Virus record (IMG/VR): IMGVR_UViG_3300026518_000011
Span: 9,929-73,928 of that record
Length of the DNA: 64,000 bases
From: a virus
Reading direction: 5' to 3' (one strand)
Below the pieces are notes generated by a model. It searched no databases. It had not been told where the DNA came from and saw only the letters and a program-made list of their open reading frames with translations. This document shows, piece by piece, positions 58,375 through 64,000 of the stretch. The first letter of the stretch is position 1, and each line of letters begins with the position of its first letter. The position numbers and the translations under genes were made by a program.

Positions 58375-59016
58375 TCATAAAGTGGTTATGTTAGCGGATC
58401 GCATGAAATGCTCTAATGCATCCAATTGTGCGAGATTGGCCGAGCGCTCTACCGGACCAACGACTGTTCCGGCAACCATTCCCATTTTTGACAAAACTGT
58501 TGGTCCCGCCCCTGCAGCAATCGTAAAACTCTTACCTTCATTGCCTGCAGTATTCCGAAACCCAATACCACCACTTTGGGTGACATAGGATTCAACCGAG
58601 ATAGCAGTAATCAACTGACCATTAATATCTGCAACAACCGCGCCCATACTGACATATGGGGCTGCAGCCATAACTACTGCATCAGTCCCATTAGCATCGG
58701 TAATACTGATGGTATCCCCATTAGCAACAGCAGCATTAAAATGATCAATATTCCCCATAACATTTGCCCGCAGGTCGCCCCGCAGGTGACCAGTGGGTGC
58801 TGCTGCCAACATACGAGCCATGGTATACTGAAATACGCGTGATTGCTCATCGGTAGTCATTTCTGCCATAAATGCTCGCATAGACTCGATCAGAGTGAGT
58901 AAACTTTGCTCAAAGGGGGAATTGCGCCGGACTGGATCAATTGCCAGATATTCTGGTTCATTGATAACATTGGTTGCATATAGTGGTAATACATTTGCAG
59001 TGAATTGGATAGCCAT
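58375..59016 (-). CDS. late structural protein with flagellin_IN-like module
   Basis: Start MAIQF; GDTISI...AVVADIN...L.KMGM.AGT; divergent TAAATA pair. Confidence 0.55.
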   Translation of the reverse strand: MAIQFTANVLPLYATNVINEPEYLAIDPVRRNSPFEQSLLTLIESMRAFMAEMTTDEQSRVFQYTMARMLAAAPTGHLRGDLRANVMGNIDHFNAAVANGDTISITDANGTDAVVMAAAPYVSMGAVVADINGQLITAISVESYVTQSGGIGFRNTAGNEGKSFTIAAGAGPTVLSKMGMVAGTVVGPVERSANLAQLDALEHFMRSANITTL

Positions 59017-59049
59017 GGATAAAGTTCCCTTAAATATTTGGTTCAACTA

Positions 59050-59077
59050 TATTTAGGGAAAGCGGTTGTACTAAATA
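59050..59077. promoter_or_regulatory. back-to-back late promoters
   Basis: TAAATA on minus (59050-59055) and on plus (59072-59077) between divergent genes. Confidence 0.65.
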
Positions 59078-59101
59078 TGGTTGATATAGGAGTTTGCGCC
59101 A

Positions 59102-59599
59102 ATGACTACAAATTATAATACACAATATAACATACCCGTGGTGCAAGTCCAAGCACCTGGTAGACAAAATCGTCTAACGGATGGTGATTTCAGAATCACC
59201 CCTAGCATGACTGAGCCAGTGGAATTCTCGTTCGGTAACCAAGATGGGGTTCCATTAAAACTGGTGGGATTTCGACTGCAATTCGTAGTATGGGAGCACA
59301 GCCCAACCTCCCACCAATCTATCACCATCGGTCAGTCAAACGTCATCATCAATAAACTGATTAGGATAGATGACCCATATTCGGGCAAGGCAAACCTATT
59401 ACTGACCGAACAGGACACCACCACGATTGGTAATCACAGCATTGGGCAAAATATATATTGGTCACTATTCATGATCAATGATGATGAGCAGGTATTTCCG
59501 CTACAGGTGAGTCAATCGGGTGGTAGATATGGCAGCATCAATGTTGACCGCACGGGACACTTGCCCATTGCAGAGCTTATTAGGCACCCAACACTCTAA
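59102..59599 (+). CDS. structural protein (baseplate/BppU-like Ig fold?)
   Basis: VEFSF.NQDG.P.KL.G...F......I.DPYSG...L.L...D; late promoter. Confidence 0.5.
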   Translation: MTTNYNTQYNIPVVQVQAPGRQNRLTDGDFRITPSMTEPVEFSFGNQDGVPLKLVGFRLQFVVWEHSPTSHQSITIGQSNVIINKLIRIDDPYSGKANLLLTEQDTTTIGNHSIGQNIYWSLFMINDDEQVFPLQVSQSGGRYGSINVDRTGHLPIAELIRHPTL

Positions 59600-59624
59600 A
59601 TACGGATAACGAGGAAATAATACC

Positions 59625-60248
59625 ATGGTAGCTCTAGCATATGAGGATTTAGGCGGCATTAGTAGTGTTGCAGACAATCCCAAAGTTCCGGCATCAATTC
59701 GAAGCCGCGATCGTAATGACAAGCAGCGGTTTGCATTCCAATGTGACCCCGCCCGCCCTTTTACCGGAATCATCCATGTGCAGGCTGCAGTAGGCAATCC
59801 CAGTAAATCAACAACTGACACTATCTGGTTTGATATTGCAGAAATGATTATCGATGAGGAGGGCGGTAGCTGGTCGTATGAGGCAATTGGTGAGTTTTCC
59901 TCAGTCAGAGTAGTGTGCAAAGCGGGAAATTACTGGTCAGCGGCACATGGATCATCAGCAGCAACGGTAGCAGCGAACGGCAATTTTACAATCAATGGTA
60001 TTAACATCGCAGTGACTGCTGGAGATGATGCAGCAACAGTCGCTGGTATCATCAATGCCAATGCAGGTATCATCCTAGATGGAACCATTAAAGCGGATGT
60101 GATCAGTCCCACCAGTCTGAGGATATACAAGACCGATGGTGCGGACCTATTACTGGTTGATACTACTAATACCCCGCTGGCCGATTTGGGCATTTCCGCA
60201 GGAACATTCCGTGGTGGGGTAATCACCAAAATTCAGATGCTAAGGTAA
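59625..60248 (+). CDS. structural protein with flagellin_IN-like module
   Basis: FTGIIHVQA...WFDI...GEFSSVR; FTINGINIAVTAGDDAATVAGIIN...LADLGISAGT. Confidence 0.55.
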   Translation: MVALAYEDLGGISSVADNPKVPASIRSRDRNDKQRFAFQCDPARPFTGIIHVQAAVGNPSKSTTDTIWFDIAEMIIDEEGGSWSYEAIGEFSSVRVVCKAGNYWSAAHGSSAATVAANGNFTINGINIAVTAGDDAATVAGIINANAGIILDGTIKADVISPTSLRIYKTDGADLLLVDTTNTPLADLGISAGTFRGGVITKIQMLR

Positions 60249-60254
60249 TCATAC

Positions 60255-62639
60255 ATGTCAGTCACAATCAATTCAGGCGTGAGTGGAACCGCCAGCTTCG
60301 AAACTAGTCTAACCAAGGCACCACTGGTATATAATGACCCGAATGGGTCATCCACCGCTGGGTCTGGAACCATCCCCATTAGTCAAGTAATTGGTCTATC
60401 TGCCACGCTGGATGGTAAATTAAATGACTCATTAGGCCCAATCGGAATTACCAACGTATTCACTAGTGGAACCGATTTAAACTTACTGGCCGGAACAGCA
60501 GCATACGGTCTTACACAAACCGATTTGCAAAAACTGGCGGACCTCAATGCTTCCACCAGTGAACTGAATTATTCAATCGGTGTTACCTCACCAATTCAAA
60601 CCCAAATCGATAATGCATACTCAGCAACCGATTTTACCGCTGCTGATCAAATGATCATATCAGCAGGCGCGGGACTTGGTGTCATAGACACTATAGCTAA
60701 TGTGTTAAACGGAACCACAGGGGTTGGATACGATTTTTCGTCCCTCAAAGCGCCAACAAGTAATTTAGATTTCAACGGGATGGGCGGAATCAACCTACTT
60801 GATCCCACTAACCCACAAGATGCAGCCACCAAAACATATGTAGACTCGGCGGTCCTCGGTGGAGGCTCATTCCTACCCCTGTCAGGCGGGACTATGACCG
60901 GCACAATTGATGTTGATGGTAACTCCATTCAGCTAGACCCCACGGGCGGAACCACGATATCCGCTGCTGTTGATAATACGGTGATATTGGATGTGTCTGG
61001 CACCACCTACACATGGACTGTCACCGGTATTAATATGGGCAGCAAAGCGATTTTCAGTCTATTAGACCCAATCAATCCACAAGATGCTGTCACCAAGAAT
61101 TATTCCGATACTACATATCTCCCACTGACTGGTGGGACAATGACTGGTAGTATCACCATGGGGGGAAACAATATTATCACATCCCCAGATGGGAATACCT
61201 CATGGGATTTCAGTGTTAATGACCAAATAACATTGACACTGGGGACAGGCACACCTGTGGTTTTCGGCAGTAATATTGATACCGGCGGACTGGATGTGGC
61301 CAATCTACCCACGGTGCCTACAACCGCATTGTCTGCAATTACCTCAACATATTCTGATGGACATTATGTCAAATTGGATGGCACCAATACCATGACCGGT
61401 AATATCAATTTGGGAGGAAACAATGTTTCGAACATTACCAATCCCACCGTCGGCACCGAAGTTGGTAATCGCAATTATAATGACGCCAGATACCTACAGA
61501 TCACGAATAACCTCTCAGACCTAACAAGCACATCCGTTGCTAGGACTAATCTCGGGCTGGCAACCATTGCCTCTACGGGAAGTTATGCAGACCTTATCGG
61601 TGCACCATCCACGGTTTCAGTAATGAATGATCTGTCTGACGTATCTACAGGAACCCCAACCATTGCTGAAAATGGATACGTGGTAACGTGGAATAATGCA
61701 GGAAGTGCATATAACCTATTACCAGCCCCCGTAAGCAGCCTGTATGGGCGCACAGGAGCCGTTGTAGCAGTCACGGGTGACTATACCGCCGCTCAGGTAT
61801 CCTTTGCCCCTACTGGCCATATCGCAGCAACTGATGCACAATTGGCAATACAGGAATTGGATACCGAAAAGCTGGCAGTAGATGGGTCCCAACCCATGAC
61901 TGGTAATCTAAACCTCAATGGCAATTCGATTACCAATGCTGCCCTACCCATGACAGTTGGCACACATGGATTTACCACAGGGAGTTATCAATCCACCTCC
62001 GGTGGGAACTCATTTTTGATCCGCACCAGCAGCGTCGCCAACGCTTCAACACCAACCTACTCCTTTGTATCACAACCTACCTCCGGTATATGGATGAATG
62101 GTAGCGATCTCACAATATCCATTGGTGGATCAACGGAACTGGCAGTATCATCCACACGAATTAGTGCGATGAACAAACCGATTAAAGATGTGGCCAACCC
62201 TACTGCGGTAGGGGATGCGGTCAACCTAGGTTATGTTAACTCATTAGGAATGCAGAGAGTGCTTGGATCAACCGTGGGGATTGATCTAGTTGGTGGAGCC
62301 GTGGGGTCTACCACAGCCGTGTACACCTTACCCGTGGGGAAACAACACATCATCACTCAGATCATTCTAGTAGCATCATCGTATAACCCAGGGGCGCTCC
62401 CTGTAGACCCAGTTGTGTCCGTCGGTGTCACAGGCGGTACATATGATGATATTGTTGCAGGGACAACACTCAGTTGGGGGCTGTCTGGTGCAGCAGATCA
62501 AGCCGTGTATCTTAATCCAAAACAAGGCGCTACAACCCCAAATGCTACCAATACGGTGACCCTCCAATTAGACACCCCCGCTGGGGGGACATTCGGGGCA
62601 TTAGTGGTCGATGTTTATGTTATGGGGGTTGAACTATAA
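60255..62639 (+). CDS. tail fibre protein
   Basis: Repeated LLDP.NPQDA.TK.Y, LPL.GGTMTG.I, NNLSDL...ARTNLGL, VSSLYGRTGAV modules. Confidence 0.75.
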   Translation: MSVTINSGVSGTASFETSLTKAPLVYNDPNGSSTAGSGTIPISQVIGLSATLDGKLNDSLGPIGITNVFTSGTDLNLLAGTAAYGLTQTDLQKLADLNASTSELNYSIGVTSPIQTQIDNAYSATDFTAADQMIISAGAGLGVIDTIANVLNGTTGVGYDFSSLKAPTSNLDFNGMGGINLLDPTNPQDAATKTYVDSAVLGGGSFLPLSGGTMTGTIDVDGNSIQLDPTGGTTISAAVDNTVILDVSGTTYTWTVTGINMGSKAIFSLLDPINPQDAVTKNYSDTTYLPLTGGTMTGSITMGGNNIITSPDGNTSWDFSVNDQITLTLGTGTPVVFGSNIDTGGLDVANLPTVPTTALSAITSTYSDGHYVKLDGTNTMTGNINLGGNNVSNITNPTVGTEVGNRNYNDARYLQITNNLSDLTSTSVARTNLGLATIASTGSYADLIGAPSTVSVMNDLSDVSTGTPTIAENGYVVTWNNAGSAYNLLPAPVSSLYGRTGAVVAVTGDYTAAQVSFAPTGHIAATDAQLAIQELDTEKLAVDGSQPMTGNLNLNGNSITNAALPMTVGTHGFTTGSYQSTSGGNSFLIRTSSVANASTPTYSFVSQPTSGIWMNGSDLTISIGGSTELAVSSTRISAMNKPIKDVANPTAVGDAVNLGYVNSLGMQRVLGSTVGIDLVGGAVGSTTAVYTLPVGKQHIITQIILVASSYNPGALPVDPVVSVGVTGGTYDDIVAGTTLSWGLSGAADQAVYLNPKQGATTPNATNTVTLQLDTPAGGTFGALVVDVYVMGVEL

Positions 62640-63049
62640 TGGATGCAGTTTTGATGAAACAAATTGAAGAAACCCGTGACAAACACGAGTTTCTTACCTT
62701 TCTGATCATCAAGGACCCCAAGGGCGATACACCCACATGGAGGTGTGGGGTGGTCCAACACTGTAATAATCGATTTATCACCTTTTATGACTTTAATAAG
62801 ATTCGTAACGAAGGTTCCCGTAAAACGTTTTTGGAATATGCTGATCGATGGTGGTGGGAATCTGGTATGTCACTACCAGTAGATTACTATATTGGCAAGG
62901 ATTTCGATATTTTCCAAGACGCACTGGTTACTATACCACGAAAGACGCTAGAACGTGACCCAATCGGCCCAACCTATTCGTTAGCAGACCATTATCTCAA
63001 ACGGGTGAAGAAGCGCAAAATCGATCTCGTCACTCGCAAGCATATATAA
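62639..63049 (+). CDS. hypothetical protein (WWWES motif)
   Basis: FLT...CGVVQ...TFYDF...FL..A..WWWES..SLP. Confidence 0.6.
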   Translation: MDAVLMKQIEETRDKHEFLTFLIIKDPKGDTPTWRCGVVQHCNNRFITFYDFNKIRNEGSRKTFLEYADRWWWESGMSLPVDYYIGKDFDIFQDALVTIPRKTLERDPIGPTYSLADHYLKRVKKRKIDLVTRKHI

Positions 63050-63054
63050 CTGAT

Positions 63055-63621
63055 ATGAAACTACACGAACTTGTCAAACATCCATTAACGGATTTCCGAA
63101 CCTTTATGGGCGGAGATGATGCTCCATATAATCGTGACGACATTGAGGTATATTTTTATCGCCACGGATTTACTTCAATGGGGAGCGGATCATTCGCTAC
63201 GGTAATGGAGCACCCAAAACTTCGGTATGTGATCAAGGTATTCGATTACAAAGATCAAGGGTATCCGGCCTTTCTAAAATTCATAGAACAATATCCTGAA
63301 TCCAAATACCTACCCAAATTCATTGGGAAGCCCATGAAGGTGCTGGATTCGGTATATGCGATTCGGGTGGAAAAATTATCCAAAAATATCCCTCCTTGGT
63401 TCCAAGACATTTTTAGTTCACTTCGTGGTGTAATGCGGAGTCCACGATATGAACAGGGTATTATCAACGCAGAAGAGGAACACCCCAAAGAATTAGTAGA
63501 ACTAGTACAAGCATTATCACTATATGCGGAGCAACACCGATTGGCAGATGATCTACGATGGGGTAATATTATGATGCGTGGGGATGTCCCCGTTATCACC
63601 GACCCTTATGTCAAATTGTGA
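63055..63621 (+). CDS. Ser/Thr protein kinase, T7 gp0.7 kinase-like, with MKLHEL tag
   Basis: MGSGSFATV (Gly loop), HP...VIKV (Lys), YLPKF, DLRWGNIMMRGDVPVITDP, close to T7 kinase DMHSGNIM..GDVPYITDP as recalled. Confidence 0.8.
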   Translation: MKLHELVKHPLTDFRTFMGGDDAPYNRDDIEVYFYRHGFTSMGSGSFATVMEHPKLRYVIKVFDYKDQGYPAFLKFIEQYPESKYLPKFIGKPMKVLDSVYAIRVEKLSKNIPPWFQDIFSSLRGVMRSPRYEQGIINAEEEHPKELVELVQALSLYAEQHRLADDLRWGNIMMRGDVPVITDPYVKL

Positions 63622-63851
63622 TCATCGGATACACCCAGTTCTGCTTCAATCGCCTGAATGATCAACTCATTCATAGTGATTCCACTTTGATCAGCAGCTT
63701 TTTGTATCGTAGCTAATTCGTCCTCGGTTAGATCAATCATCACATCAACATACCCATCAGCACGGACTCCTTCTAACAGATTGCCATCATCATCTAGTTT
63801 ATAGCTGACATATGGGGTCCCCGTATCATCTAAGTATTTCGTTTCACTCAT
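63606..63851 (-). CDS. small protein with RHH/CopG-like C-terminus
   Basis: IDLTEDELATIQKAADQSGITMNELIIQAIE; AGGAG RBS. Confidence 0.55.
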   Translation of the reverse strand: MSETKYLDDTGTPYVSYKLDDDGNLLEGVRADGYVDVMIDLTEDELATIQKAADQSGITMNELIIQAIEAELGVSDDHNLT

Positions 63852-64000
63852 GACCAAACTCCTTCATTTCTACACCAATACCATTTCCCCAGTCAGCATC
63901 CACAATGTCAAAATCGCAATACGAAAGCCTCCCAGATATATCATCAATATATTTTGAGCTACCTGTGTCCAAAAATACTACCTTCCCACCATTCGGGATA
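63844..64000 (-). CDS. C-terminus of a probable PPP-family metallophosphatase (partial)
   Basis: Hand translation ...PNGGKVVFLDTGSSK....SGRLSY...; (I/L)DTG...GRL(S/T) is the C-terminal PPP motif. Confidence 0.45.
   Translation of the reverse strand, partial: IPNGGKVVFLDTGSSKYIDDISGRLSYCDFDIVDADWGNGIGVEMKEFGHE

Noticed and set aside
1-64000. Stop-codon reassignment
   Set aside because: Conserved enzymes are full length in the standard code, and TAA, TAG and TGA all end genes
1-64000. tRNA, rRNA or group I intron
   Set aside because: Intergenic gaps are short and explained by promoters and terminators; no cloverleaf or interrupted gene recognised by eye (tRNAscan/Infernal not run)

Overview
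A 64-kb segment of a large T4-like (myovirus-type, probably jumbo) phage genome. The host is probably an alphaproteobacterium, inferred from the captured integrase/Mod genes, the DUF3380 endolysin and the B12-dependent RNR. Most genes are on the minus strand and use the standard genetic code. Layout: (1) 1-14.9 kb holin-like gene, DUF4376 chaperone, about ten modular fibre/C1q-like virion proteins and an endolysin; (2) 14.9-33.7 kb PhoH, DUF932, clamp loader, GroES, UvrD-type helicase, a stand-alone DnaE fragment, Sm-like proteins, ClpS, a metallophosphoesterase and acidic scaffold-like proteins; (3) 33.8-48.6 kb class II RNR with three inteins, DnaJ, a 22-aa repeat protein, a GNAT-like protein, two topoisomerase II subunits, RNase H and a PD-(D/E)XK nuclease; (4) 49-64 kb head/virion proteins, helicase, primase, a fibre protein and a T7 gp0.7-like protein kinase. 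Four things stand out. (a) Four unrelated late genes share an N-terminal M(K/R)Lx(E/D)L tag and carry enzyme or effector domains (kinase, GNAT, variable repeat), a candidate capsid-packaged, injected effector set. (b) A 2.2-kb island bounded by a 33-bp direct repeat keeps an intact type III Mod methyltransferase while the integrase and Res are reduced to stubs. (c) A TAAATA late-promoter motif occurs about 23 times, some copies doubling as stop codons or implying leaderless mRNAs. (d) All three inteins sit at conserved RNR motifs. All function calls come from motif recognition by eye; no database searches were run.
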